54,354 nt of DNA, filler included, from Jimgerdemannia flammicorona (GCA_003990765.1; 3 parts of 3 records of this genome joined end to end with filler, not necessarily neighbours in it), one strand, 5' to 3'. Numbered from the whole stretch's first letter, positions 24,084-37,469 are shown. Numbers and translations: made by a program. The notes: a model not told the origin generated them from the sequence alone.

Positions 24084-27000
24084 TGTAACATAGTGGACAC
24101 TAAGATAGGCAAGTATGTCAGATTTCTTTATCTTGAATTCTTGTCTTCTTGACTCCCAGAGTCAGTAGTTTCTTGAGGCCAAATGTGTTTAAAGAGGTAA
24201 TCCCAAAGTTCCTTTATCAGTATACTTGTTCTTTTTCTAATACTTTCAATCTGAGGTTTATTCACTTGAAGATACTGGGTTATTTATATAAGTTTGCTAG
24301 CTATGAGATAGCTTACTGAGTTACATGACTAAGTTATGAGTCATTTAGCACTTTGTGAAATATTTTGCCAGTTGCAAAATACTATACTATATCAAGAAGC
24401 TCAATCTCGCACTTTGCGAAATATTTAGCAAATGGTGAAATCAGGGACTACTAACTATATAGCTATACTACTTTGGAACTGGGTATGATCAAATATCTGT
24501 TCTCTATTTCCTTCTTCCAAATTTGGCTATACTGTCACAACTTCCTTCTGAATAGATAATCTTGTCTCTGAAGCATCTATTCAAACTCCCAGGCTTCAAT
24601 GGTCTGTATGGTCTTGTACTGTGCAATTTATTGCATTACTGTTTCCCAATGGTGTCATCTGACTCAGTCAAAATCTGAGCGAGTTACTCCTCACAGGTGG
24701 GCTAGTGCTGGTTCATCCTCTCGGAATAGCTTGTAGATTCTCTTAGTGATAGTGATCTGAGAATAAGAGAGCTGACATTCTACAATCCAATTTTCTTTGG
24801 TCATTTCTGGGTTTTGGTTGAGTACTTGGCTAAGTTTAAAGTACTCTTGAAATTCAGTTTGATATTAATAGGCCTTGAAGTGTGAGATTTGAGAGAGATG
24901 AGTCTGCACAATGCTTTGGATACTATTATAAGACTCTTCTATGATCGGAGGCTCAGTGGTGTATCATTGTCTCTCGATGGCTCTTTGGGCAGCACTAGTG
25001 ATCTTGAGTGCTATTACAGTACTTTTTTTATTGGCCATGATATTTCTTGAGTCAGTTTTGGTAAATAGTAGTGGGGATTATTGTGTCTGAGGGCTTTTGT
25101 AGCCGAAAAGTTGTTCCTTTTATATCTTGCACCAGATAAGGTCCTTCCTACTTGGGCTCTAGTTTTTATGACCAAGAAGTTTTTACTATATTCCAATATA
25201 CCAGAACTTCATCTCCTATCTTGATAATCTCCAGAGGCTTGTGAGTTTTTTCCACATTATTCTATTGTAAGATTTGCACCTTGATTATGTAATCTTCTGC
25301 CTTTTTCCTAATTTGATGCAATCTTCGTACATATCTCCATATCTATGTGCTTCCAGACTGCATCATTATTTGCTAACAAACTTCCACTAGAACTTTTTTC
25401 TTCAAACAGCATTTCTCGGGGTATAAAGTGGGTACTTTGTGATCATATATCTCATAGAGTGGATAATGCTATTGGAAGATAGTGGTCTCAGTTTCTGTAT
25501 TCATCACAGATCTTGGCGATAATGTTCTTGAGAGTCTTGTTGGTCCTTTCTGCTTGTCCGTTTCCTTGTGGGTGATAAGCTGTGGTCTTGATGTGTTGGA
25601 TCTTGTACTTTATGTAAAGAATCTCATGGAATTGGTTAATGAATTCTATTCCTCTATCTGTGGTGACTTGCTTTGGGGTCTTGAATCAGCAGATGATTTC
25701 TCTGTGAAAGAAATCAGTAATTGACTGTGCATTGGCTTCCTTGAGGGGTCTAGCTTCTACCCATTTTGTAAATAGGTCTACAATCACAATGACATATCAG
25801 TTGCCAGTCAATGTCAGAGGTAGAGGGCCAATAACATCCATTGCTATATGGGCGAATGGTATTGGTTCAATGTCTGCTAATCTGGGGGCTTGATCTCATT
25901 GGTCTTGTTTCTGTTTCTGGCATTTGTCACAAGTTCTGACAAATTGTCTGATGTCTTCTTCTATTTCTGGCCACCACATGGTTCTTCTTACTTTGTCATA
26001 TATGTTTGTTCCTTCTACATAACCTTACTCATATACTTCCTTCATTGCTTGATTCTTTTGGTGCTCAGGGATAACTACTTATTGTCCTTTCTTGAGTATT
26101 TCTCTATCAGTTTCGAATTGTTTCCATGTCTGATTAATAATTATTTTTGTCCATTCTTCTAAATGTGGGGGCATCTTTCGCTGCCCTAAGTAGCTGATAA
26201 TTCCATAGTATAGTTCCTTATTCATGATGATTTTGTAGAGATGGGGTCCTTCAGGGTGTCCATGAGAGGGCATCAGCATTGGCATTGGTTCTTCCAGGGC
26301 AGTGAATGATTGTAGCATCATATGCTTACAGCTTCATGATCCATTGGGTATAGATTTCTTTGGGTTCACTAATAGTGAGTAACCAGATGAGTGCTGAGTG
26401 ATCTGTCTGGATGGTAAAATGTCTGCCTACCAGATAGTAGTGGAATTTCTCTACAGCCCAGATAACTACAAGGTATTCCAGCTTATATGATTTATAGGAC
26501 TGCTCAGCTCCATGGGTACCTTGGCTGAGATAGGCTACTATATATTTGGTACTATCTTTCTTTTGAGCAAGGACTGCTCCAAGTCCTAGAGCACTGGCAT
26601 CTATTTGCAAGATGAACTCTTGAGTCCAGTCTGATCTTCTCAAGATTGGGGCCTGGGTCAATCTGGTCTTGAGCTCATCAAAGACTAGTTGCTGCTGCTG
26701 TGTCCACCGAAACTTGACCTCTTTTCTGAACAGATTGTAAATAGGGCTGGCAATGTGGGAGAATTTTCAAATAAATCTCCTGTAATAGAATGCAAGTCCC
26801 ATGAAGGCTCAGGCTTCAGTGATGCTGGTGGGTACTAGGTATGCTGCTACTGTCTTGATTTTTGTAGGGTCTGTATGTATTTCTTCACTGTTGATGATGT
26901 GTCCTAGGTATGTAATTTCTTCTTCTCCAAATGTGCATTTCTTAGGCTTAATGTAGAGGCCATGTTTGCAAAGTCTTCTGAGGATTTCCTCGATGTGGTC

Positions 27001-30000
27001 CAAGTACTCCTTGGCTGTCCAACTGAAGATAATTACATTATCTACATATACCATCATCCATTTTTCCATAACATCTCTGAAGATACTATTTATTATTCAC
27101 TGGAAACTTGCTGGTGCATTGCACATTCCAAAGGGCATGCAGAGGTAGATGTAGGTTCTGTTAGGAGTAATGAAGGTTGACTTTTTGCTGGCTTCTGGTG
27201 TAAGGCTGATTTGATAGAATCTGGAAAACAGATCTAGGATGATATAGAATTATACCTCATTTCCTAGCATAATAAGGATGTTGCCAATATTGGACAATAG
27301 TTGTCTATCTTTCTCTGTAACCTTGTTGAGTCTTCTATAGTCTGTACAGAGTCTAGGTGCAAATTCTTCAGGTCAGCTTTCTTTCTTGAGTGCAAGGACA
27401 ATGGGTGAGGACTAGGGGCTGCTGGCTTTCTTGATGATACCAGATTCCTCCATTTCCTTGATTTCAGTCTTGAGCCATTCTCTGTATGCCAGCAGAATAG
27501 AGTGGGCTTTTTGGTAAATTGGCTTTGCTTCTCCAGTATTGACATTGTGATAGTATAGGGGCTTCTTGGTCTTGATATTCTTGAAGTCAGTGGCCAGTAT
27601 ATCTTTGAATATATACAGGAGATTCTGCAGTTCTTCTCTGAGAGGAAAGTTCTTTCCAATTATATAGGTGTGCTTATCCTGATTTTCCTCCTTCTTGTGC
27701 TCCAATTTGGTAATTCAGGTTGCTACAAGAACTCCTCTTTCTGTTGAGCCAAACTCATTTCTTCCTCGCTCTGTTTGTCTGGCTTTTGTAACTTCCTTAA
27801 TCCTTGGGTTAAGGACAGGTAGGATGAGTATTTGTGCTAGCCAATCCTTCTTCCTTACTTCAAATGGAATGGTTGGGTTGTGGTTTCTAGCAAGAAGGAG
27901 GATTTCTCTGGTGTAATCTGAATCAATGACTCCTCCTTCTATGGATATTTCACTTTTGGCCAAGCTACTTCTTATCTTGAGGATTCTAATATGGTTTGGC
28001 AGGATGGTTACTTTGATTCCTATTCCCAATATAGTAGTAGTTTGCAGTTCGAGGATTGTGTGTATTGTAGTAGACAGGTCCATTCCTGCTGCATTTTCTG
28101 ATTTGTACTGAGACATGACTGCATCAGGGTGGATTCTTCATATTTTGACTGTGATGTCTTCTTCATCATCACTGTCATCCAGTAGCTCTGGTGGTCCATC
28201 TTCTGGTTCCTCCTGGTTCTTCTTTAGCTTGTTGGTAATCTTCTTCACCTCAATGATGCAGGAGTAGTAGCGATCCAAGTGCTGGGCACAGTACATTCCT
28301 TCACCATGGGGGCACCTTTCTAATGGGGTGTATCCATTTACAATCCTTCTATACTATTTCTTCTCTGTCAACTGCTTACTTTTTCCTTTCTTCATAGTAA
28401 CCATATAGGCTTCTTCTTCTTGCTCTTCCTCTATCTCAGAGCAAACTCCTTTGTGGATGTTGATAGGAATTCTGATTTTCTTTCCCCAGTAGATGATTTG
28501 CATCTTCTGTGCACTGAGGTCAATCATTGCCTTGACTTTGTGAAGCTATTGATTGCCAATAAGGATATCATAGTTGGTTGTATTGGTTAGTGCTCCCAAC
28601 AAATCGAATCGAATTGAATTTGGCCCAAACTCGATTCGATTTGATCGAATCAAGGGTCCAATTCGATTCAATTCAAATCAAATCAAAGGTCCAATTCGAT
28701 TTAAAGTTCGATTCAAACCTTAATTTTCAAAATGTAATAACTCGACGAAAACTCATCCAAATTTAACATATTTTAGCTTGTTAGATTCACCATATTAATG
28801 TGATTCTAACAAGCTAAAGTACGTTAGATTTGGATGAGTTTATGCTGAGTTATTGCATTTTGAAAATTAGGGTTTGAATTAGACCCTCAATTTGATTCAA
28901 CTTTTGATTTGATTTGAATTAATTTGAATTGAAAAATCCCCAATTTGATTCGACTCATTTAACCCTCAATTGGATTCGATTCAAATTGATTTGACTCATT
29001 TGGGAGCACTAGTATCAATGATGACTTTAAAGACATGGTTCTCGATCTGACAGATAGTATAGGCTGATGTCTTCCTGTTATCTTTGCTTTCTTCATCTGA
29101 ATATTCTTGTGTATTGTTGGCCTCGATGATTCTGTATCCTTGATCCTTTCCAATGTCTGATATCCCTGTTCTCATTTGCTGTCTGAATGTTGAGATTTCA
29201 GCCAGCTGGCCAAAGGTTGTATTCACTTTTTGGTCCTTGAGATCCTTGAAGATATCATACTTGAAAATCTTACTCTTATGCAATTTCTGCTCCTTCTTTC
29301 CTTCACTTGATGGGGTGGTATTTCGAATGATATCTTCTACTGCTCGCTCTAGTTCAGCATCTTGTTCTAGTTCCATATCTTGATCAGCTTCGCTCTGCTG
29401 GATTTCTTTTTCAATGACTATTTCTGGTTGTTTTATCTGTATCTGGGCCTTCTTAGGAGGTCTGCCTGGAGGTCTCTTGTAGGGATCAGTTCGGACATTC
29501 TTCTTGCTTATAGTAGCAGAATAAGCTTTCTATGTATTCTTCCTTCTCATTCTTGGATTCTCCAATCTCCTCAAAGGTGATAGTATTTGCTTTTTTATGG
29601 TTCCTGGTTGTGTTGCTCAGATTGGCCTTGTGCTTAGTTTCTATTATATAATCAGAGGCATAATGGCCTTCTTTTTCACACCTGTAGCAGGTTACTGACT
29701 ACTTGTCATTTGTGGCAGCAAATTTCTATACTGGCTTCTTCTTGAACTCCTTGACTACATTACTGAGGTGTGCAGTCATTTCTGCAAACTGCTTGACCAG
29801 TTCCTCCATTGGATTGGCTCTCCTCTGCTCTTGTGGTTGGGGTTGTTATTGTGTATTCCTGTTGACTATAGTAGTTGGGACTGTATTGGTGATCCTTGGT
29901 GCTTATTTGATTTTTACTTCTATTATTCTTTCCATTGTATGGCCTTAAGGATATCTAGCAGTCTAGTATCTTTGGGCATAGGTAATCTTCTGTGCTAGGT

Positions 30001-31009
30001 CCAGTGCTATTGAGGTAGATCAGATGGCTAAGGCAATTTCTTAATGAATGCCCTTTATAAAGGTATTCTCAGCCACTTGGTCTTGAACTGCATCTGGGTA
30101 GTCAGTAAGGACTATTTGGTATCAGATTCTTGTATAGAATATGTTTGGGTCTTTGAACATTCCTTGGCAGATAGTATTCAATTAATCCTTGAGTGCTTGT
30201 TTGATTTCATCTATGTAGTAGATTGCTCAGAGCCAGGCCTTGAAAGTCAGGATTCTTGCTAGATTATCGGCTCCTTATACATTGGCTGCCATAAATGTAG
30301 TTCTTGCTGGGCCTCTGAGGCTTACAGGGAGTAGAGCTACTTGCTATACTGTACTTAAGGTTCTTATGGCTGCATACTACTCAAAATCATCGATGAAGAT
30401 GATAATTGATTTGTCAGAGATGTATCTATAGAATACAGGTGGTCTCATATCTATTCTGTCTAATTGTATTGTGTGGGTTCTTATTACAGTTGTTCATTGT
30501 TCAGTTTAAAAGTGAGGGATTCATCTTAAATCACCAGTTAATGGGCACCAAGTTATAATATAGTAGATGCTAAGATGGGTAAGTACATCAGATTTCTTTA
30601 TCTTGAATTCTTGTCTTCTTAACTCCCAGAGTTGGTAGTTCCTTGAGGCCAAATATGTTTAAAGAGGTAATTCTGAAGTTTCTTTATTGATATACTTATT
30701 TTTTTTTTAACACTTTTGATCTGAGGTTTATTCACTCGAAGATACTAGGTTATTTATACAAGTTTGCTAGCTATGAGATGGCTTACTGAGTTATATGGCT
30801 AAGTTATGAGTCATTTAGCACTTTGTAAAATATTTCACCAGTTGTGAAATACTATACTATATTGAGAAGCTCAATCTCACACTTTGTGAAATATTTAGCA
30901 AATGGCGAAATCAGGGACTGCTAACTATATGGCTATACTACTTTAGGACTAGGTATGATCAAATATCTATTTCCTATTTCTTTCTTCCAAATTTGGCTAT
31001 ACCGTCACA
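24084..31009 (-). mobile_element. Full-length family B copy: gag-PR-dUTPase-RT-RH, IN, ORF3
   Basis: LTRs 30554-31009 and 24084-24539, ATAG on both flanks, PBS-like tggtgccc, zinc knuckle CYRCEKEGH, PR VIIDT, dUTPase ORF 27715-28116, VYVDNVII. Confidence 0.93.
28588..29011. mobile_element. hAT-type MITE, relatively young
   Basis: TIRs tagtgctcccaa / ttgggagcacta resembling the 3214 hAT ends; TCGAT-rich arms; central inverted repeat. Confidence 0.88.
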
Positions 31010-31066
31010 ATAGATATAGTTATTTATAGTAAGATAGCTAAAGAATATCTGAAACATATTTACCAA

Positions 31067-31494
31067 TAGTACTTCTAAATAAATCAAATCAATTTAAATC
31101 AAATTGAATTAAAAGTTATTTGAATTAAATTGAATTGGGAATTTTTAATCCAAATTAAATTAAATTTAAATCAAATTAAAGATCTAATTCAAACCTATTT
31201 TTAAAAATATAATAACTTGATAAAAACATATCCAAATTTAATAATTATTAACTTGTTAGATCCACCTTATATAGGGGAATCTAATAAGCTAAAGATCATT
31301 AAATTTGAACATATATTTATTGAGTTATGAGAGTAAGTAACTATAAAAAAAAATAAAAAAATAAAAATATTCATTAAGTTATTATATTTTAAAAAATAGG
31401 GTTTAAATTAAATTTTGAATTAAATTAGCATTTGATTCAATTTGAATCAAATTGAATTAGACCTTTGATTTGATTTATTTCATTAGGAGTACTA
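31067..31494. mobile_element. hAT-type MITE, degenerate
   Basis: TIRs tagtacttctaa / ttaggagtacta; 8-bp TSD tttaccaa / tttactaa. Confidence 0.85.
31329..31366 (+). mobile_element. Minimal LINE 3'-tail insertion inside the MITE
   Basis: gagagtaagtaactat plus A-rich tail between atatttattgagttat / atattcattaagttat duplications. Confidence 0.65.
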
Positions 31495-32177
31495 TTTACT
31501 AAATTCTATAGAAACTGAGAGATTATAATCTATTTATTAAGCCAAAGAAGTACATATAAATTTGAAGAAATTGAGATCTCCTATTTTAAATATATCATCA
31601 ATTAGAATAGAACTCATATAGATTCTATCAAGATTCAAGTAGTTAAAGCCTACTTAAGATCTTTTATAATTACTGAAGCTCAAGTCTTTATAGAACTTAC
31701 TACTTATTACAAGAGATTTATTAAATATTATAGGCCCTATCTATAAATTGTTCAAGAAAGATATCAAATTTTAATAGACTGATAGATAACAATAAGTATT
31801 TGAATACCTCAAGATCTATTTAACTCAAGTATCTATCTTGAGAAGATCTGACTGATCTCAAGAGTTCATCCTATAGACAAATATAAGTTCAAGCTATTTT
31901 TTTACAAAAAAAGAATAAGATTGAATATATTATTACATATTCCAGCTAAGAAATCTATGGAGGAGAAAGAGAATATGAATTCTATAAACTGAAATATCTT
32001 ATAGTCATCTGAGCTATAGAAAAGTTCTACTACTATCTTATTAGAAGATACTTCATCATTCTAACTAATCATTTAGCTCTTATCTAGTTATTAACTATAA
32101 TTAACTCAAAGAAATATTTACTAGATAGATTATAAAACTATAAGTCTATAATGTAGTCATTATATATTATCTAGAAA

Positions 32178-32226
32178 AGGAAGTCCAAGTGACTATAAAA
32201 AAAAAAAAAAAAAAAAAAACCAAAGG

Positions 32227-32253
<27 letters not shown>
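32178..32253 (+). mobile_element. Minimal LINE 3'-tail insertion
   Basis: aggaagtccaagtgactat plus poly(A), 14-bp TSD atattatctagaaa / atattacctagaaa. Confidence 0.8.
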
Positions 32254-32257
<4 letters not shown>

Positions 32258-34904
32258 TACCTAGAAAGAATCAATCTAATATAGATACACTCTTATAAAT
32301 ATTGTGAAGAACTCACAACTGATAAAACTAAAATGAATAAGAAACTTTATTATAGAATTATTATTTATTTGAAATAGTAAAAAATACTCTAATATATAGA
32401 AAAATAGATATAAATAATTTGAAATCAATAGAGAAATATTAAAAAAAGAAAAACTACTAGTTATACTAGAGTATAAGAAGGAATAAGTAATGAAATCAGT
32501 ATACAAACTTGACTATTTAGGAGTATGATAAAGTAAGAAGAATAATATAGTGATCTGAAATAGAGAAAAAATCTGATAATTTATCAAAACTTGTGATAAA
32601 TACCAAAAACAGAAGCAAGATCAGTAAAACCAGACACCAGGATCAGCAGACATAGAACCAGTACTATTTACCTATATTGTAATAGATATAATTGATCTAC
32701 TACTCTTGACAATAACTGATAACTAATATATTATTATTATTATAGATCTTTTTATGAAATAGATAGAAGCAGGACTCCTCAAAGAAGCCAATGCATAGTC
32801 AATTACTGATTTCTTTTACAAAGAAATCCTCTGCTAATTCAAGACCCTGAAGTAAGTAATAATAGATAGAGAAATAGAATTTATAAATCAGCTCTTCAAG
32901 ATTTTATATAAAAAATACAAGGTTCAGTATATTTGAACTATAGCTTATTATTTATAGAAAAATAGATAGACTGAAAGAATCAATAAGATACTTAAGAATA
33001 TTATTATCAAGATCTGTAATAACTATAAAAATTGAAACTATTATCTACTAATAGTATTATCTGCTCTCTGAGATATATAATTATAAAGTACTCATTATAT
33101 CTTTAAGAATTACTATTTAGAGAAGAAAGTTCTAAAAGAACTCTATTATCTAATAGAGATATATAGTATAGAAATTATAGATACTAAGATATAGAGATTA
33201 TACTAAATAAGAAAAAAGGCTGAAGATTATAATTAAAATATAGATATTATAATAGAATAATATAAAAAAGATCTATAAGTCTCTAGAGATTATCAAGATA
33301 GGAGACAAAGTTCTGATATATTAAAATATAGTAAAAGCTTCATAGTTATGAAAACTGAAGCCTAAGTAAAAAAGACCTTATATTATGTAAAATATAAAAG
33401 AAACTATCTTTGGCTATAAAAACTATCAGATATAATTATTCCCACCACTATCTACTAAAACTAACTTAAGAAATACTATAGCTAACTAATAAAATACTAC
33501 TCTGGTCCTCAAGATTATAAGTACTATCTAGTGAGTTATAAAAAGACAATAATATTCTACTAAGCCACTAGCTATAGAGGAATTCTTTAATAGTATTCAA
33601 AGCATCATATAGACTCACTTATTATAAATTTCATACTTTGAAGCCTACTAATATCATACTGAGTTTCAAGAGTACTTCAAGTTGAAAAAATTACTAAATA
33701 AGAAAAATATGACTAAAAAAGAATAGATTATAGAGTGTCAGATATTCTAAATCTAGATTACTATAGTCAAGTAGATCTATAAACTATTTAAGAATAATAA
33801 GTAAGCTCTGGCTCATTTCTAAGAAGTAGTTCTAAGAGATTTCTAACAAATAAAGAGATATTATTGAGAGAATGTAATCAAGTAGATTATATAGTATAAA
33901 AACATACAATTGGTTGAAATATGAGAGTTTGAATAAGATAATTCAGAGGTGAAATTATTTATTTAGAAGAAAGTTATATATAACAGTTGATCTGAATTAG
34001 AAATAATTATCAAAGAATAGTAGTATTTGAATCTGATTTCTGATATAGTATAATATTATAGTTTAGTAGTCACTTGATCTCTCAGTTGTATAATTTATAT
34101 AATTATATAAAAAGTACAAATGTATAAATCTCTTAACTATACAGATTTCACAGATATACTGATCTCTCAACTATATAAAATAACTTACAGAAAAAGAAAT
34201 CTTAACTTAGCTATTATATAACTAGTAAACTTATAAAATATTCTTAGTATCTAGAGTAAATAAATCTCAGATTAAAATAGTTTAAGTAACGAGACAAGAA
34301 ACTAGTAAGCTTATAGGCAAATATATTTCAAACTCACTTACCCCTGTATCTGAGGACTCTGAGGAGTCAAAGAAGATCAAGTATTCAAGATAAAGAAATC
34401 TACCACACTTCTATCAGTATATATCTATTATATTATAATATATATATCTCTTACTCTATAATATAGTTAAATTTGATTACTTAAATTAAAAATTCAATAA
34501 CTTATAAAATAATAACAATAATAATTTTTTATGTAGTTTTTTATATATAAAATTTTACAATAAAAAATACATTTTTTTGAAAAATATAAATCACTGCTTA
34601 TATTATGTTTCCATATACAAGTAAGGAATATATCTAGTAAACTCTTGGTATTGCAACAGATAATAGAGACAGTTCAGTTATATGCTTGGAGAGAGGCAGA
34701 AAACTCATAAAAATTTTTTATATAATGACGAGTTCAGATTATGGCGGCAGTCACAAAAAATGGTCACGTGGTGTGGCTTATAGATTCCAGATCACATCAC
34801 ACATCACAATAGAGCCGCTCAAAGTTCGATCCGAAAATGATCGCATCCATTTTTATCTAGAGCGCCTTCCATTTTCATCGTGAGCGCCTTCTAATTTTGG
34901 ATGG

Positions 34905-35425
34905 AACCCTAACCCTGGCTGAATTAGGTGAACTCTACGACCCGTAATCTGATTTTAATGTTCTTGGGCCCATTAGAAAGCCCTTGATAATGTGGTTCTA
35001 ACAAGCTTAAGAACATTAAATTTGGATGATATTCTGTAGAGTTATGATTGAAAACATCCAAATTTCTATAATGCAGCCTTAATTACAGGCCACTAATAAT
35101 TTCGGCCTTAATTTGGGTCTGATTAAAGGCCACAATTATTAGTGGCCTACATACAATTTGCCTTATTTCTCAACAACCTATCATCCGGATTTGATGTTCC
35201 TAGGCTCATTAAAAATCCATGAATATTGGGATTGCAGTACACTATATTTTATAAAATTTGGATAATAAGTCATTGAGAAATGAAGCAAAATATCTATTAT
35301 ATCATACAAATCTATTAAGTGGCCTTAAATTACAGGCCACTAATAATCTCGGCCTTAATTTGGGACTGCCATCTTAGTTACTGGCCTCTGATTTAAGGCC
35401 AGAATTATGATTCAGCTCAGTCAAG
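34905..35425. repeat. MITE-like repeat with internal direct and inverted repeats
   Basis: aattacaggccactaataat(t/c)tcggccttaatttggg occurs twice; core ttctaacaagct...aaatttggatga is shared with the hAT MITEs. Ends not defined. Confidence 0.5.
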
Positions 35426-35439
35426 TGGCCACTGCTATT

Positions 35440-36206
35440 GGGACGAGCAAACACAGATCGTGAGCTTCATTCCATCATGCAGCCTTCACACAGTTCTGAC
35501 ATACATTCGAGATTTAGGTCAAGGTCATGTTCTGCTTCAGAGACTCGACTAGGCCATGTGCCCTCTCAGCGCCAATGCTATTATCTTTAAAATGAACAGG
35601 GGATGAGTGAAATGCACAGATCGTGAGCTTCTTTCTACACACAATGCTTTACACAGTTCTGACATACAGGAGATTCAGCTCGGCCAAGGTCGTATTATGC
35701 TTCAGAGACTTGGCTAGGGCACATGCCCCCTCGTCGCCAATGCTATTCCCTTTAAAATGAACAGGGGATGAGCAAAACGCACAGATCATGAGCTTCATTC
35801 CATCGCACAACTGCACACAATGCTTCACACAGTTCTGATATACCTCAAAGATTCAGCTCAATCAAGGTCATGTTCTGCTTCAGAGACTCAGTAGGGCACG
35901 TACCCTCTCGCCACCAATGTCATTCCCTTTAAAATTGAACAGGGGATGAGCGAAAATGTACAGATCGCGAGCTTCATTCCATCACGCAGCAGCACACAAT
36001 GTTTCACACAGTTCTGACATGCCTCCGAGAATCAGCTCGGTCAAGGTCGTGTTCTGCTTCAGAGACTCGGTTAGGGCGTGTGCCACTTCATCGCCAATGC
36101 TATTCACTTTAAAAATGAACAGGGGATGAGTGAAAACGCACAGATCATGAGCTTCATTCCATCGCGCAGCTGCACACAATGCTTCACACAGTTCTGATAT
36201 ACCTCG
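35440..36206 (-). pseudogene. Degenerate tandem array of LRR exon+intron cassettes (about 180-bp unit, 4 units plus a partial), cut by gap
   Basis: Exon 36106-36023 encodes NSIGDEVAHALTESLKQNTTLTELILG; the next unit has a 1-nt deletion and the distal unit larger deletions; introns match those at 42587-43546. Confidence 0.82.
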
Positions 36207-36306
36207 NNNNNNNNNNNNNNNNNNNNNNNNNNNNNNNNNNNNNNNNNNNNTTAATTAATTAANNNNNNNNNNNNNNNNNNNNNNNNNNNNNNNNNNNNNN
36301 NNNNNN
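36207..36306. other. Assembly gap with artificial spacer
   Basis: 100-nt N run containing ttaattaattaa. Confidence 0.97.
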
Positions 36307-36845
36307 TTAACAAAATCAAGTTCTTGTGTATTTTTATTAGAAGGGAACCTAGACTATATAGACCAAAACCCTCTCTTACCCCCCTCCCAAGCACTATCTC
36401 TCTATTAATCTAAACTATTAAATTGTTCAGTAGTCTCACCATTCTAGCTATATATAACAGATATACTGCCTCCCACTATATATATCAGACTTGTCTACTC
36501 ACTAGGAATGAATCATTGACCTATTTACCATAAAAGCACATCTATATATTAGATCTAGTAATATTGAGAATGAATAAGAAATAGTCCCCCAAACCCCAAA
36601 TAAAAGCCTGAGGCAAAAGAAAAACCCCCCAACTAACCAATAAGAAACAGAAAGGATTCAAGATAGATGAGTAAAGAACTAATATACAAAACCCTCTCCA
36701 AAAGAACTAATATATAGACTAAGGTCTGAAAAGACTCCAATCCCACTTTCTGAGCCTATGGGCCTTGATATTAGCTCCCAGTTCTAGTCAGATACTACCT
36801 TATAAGGAAGGTCCCACTTTCTAAACCTGTAGACCTTAATTGCAT
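36307..36845 (-). repeat. Decayed transposon remnant, possibly LINE
   Basis: CpG-free, G-rich on the minus strand like the LINEs here; no motif identified. Confidence 0.35.
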
Positions 36846-37469
36846 TACTGTATCAGCAGGAACGTCTCCTGGCATACCCACAAGAATGGCAGGCCAATCC
36901 ACCCTTCTGTTGTACCATCAGAATGTCTTATCCCTCAAGGAGATTTTCAACGCACTCCCTATGCTCGTCTACCAGCAGTTTGTGAAGCATATGCGCGGCT
37001 GCCCGACCGCCAGGTTCTAGATGAGTCCACCGCCAATGCATTCGTACACGCCGTCCGCAGCTGGGCGATGAATCGTAGCGCAAAACCACTTCACCTTTCT
37101 GAGATTTATAGCAGTCCAATTTATTGAACTGCGGCTTCTTGACAAACAAATGCCAAGTGTGGTTCGTCCATAGACAATAACCAAAAGAAAAACCCATGGG
37201 TTTAATTTTAATATCGTTTGCCTTCAAGTTGTGCTAAAAATAAGATATATAAACAAATGTAATAATTATTTTTGCGAAATTTTGTTTGTTATAAAGGCTA
37301 TTTATTGCGCCTGGGAGATATTTTGTTTCACTGATCTGCCCCGGGTCACCTGGAAACAAGCCGCCGATTTCGTATAACCAGGTTCGACCCGAAAAGGATG
37401 TCAGCTTTATGACGGCGAGCGGGTTTGTCAAACTGGAGAATACCTGTACCCACACCCATACTCACAATC

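Larger units (their letters stand above)
22363..34437 (+). mobile_element. Old, heavily mutated family B copy hosting nested insertions; 3' LTR about 33975-34437
   Basis: Colinear with 18155-22362 (PR, dUTPase GGVINSNYIGEI, RT, RH, IN, ORF3); RT interrupted at the YIDD region by 24084-31009. Confidence 0.88.

Noticed and set aside
1865..34659. Possible TIR pair cgttgcgagacc / ggtattgcaaca bounding the whole repeat island
   Set aside because: Only 9 of 12 positions match and no TSD is visible.
35440..36206. Regular repeat that might suggest a CRISPR array
   Set aside because: Units are LRR exons plus introns; there are no unique spacers.
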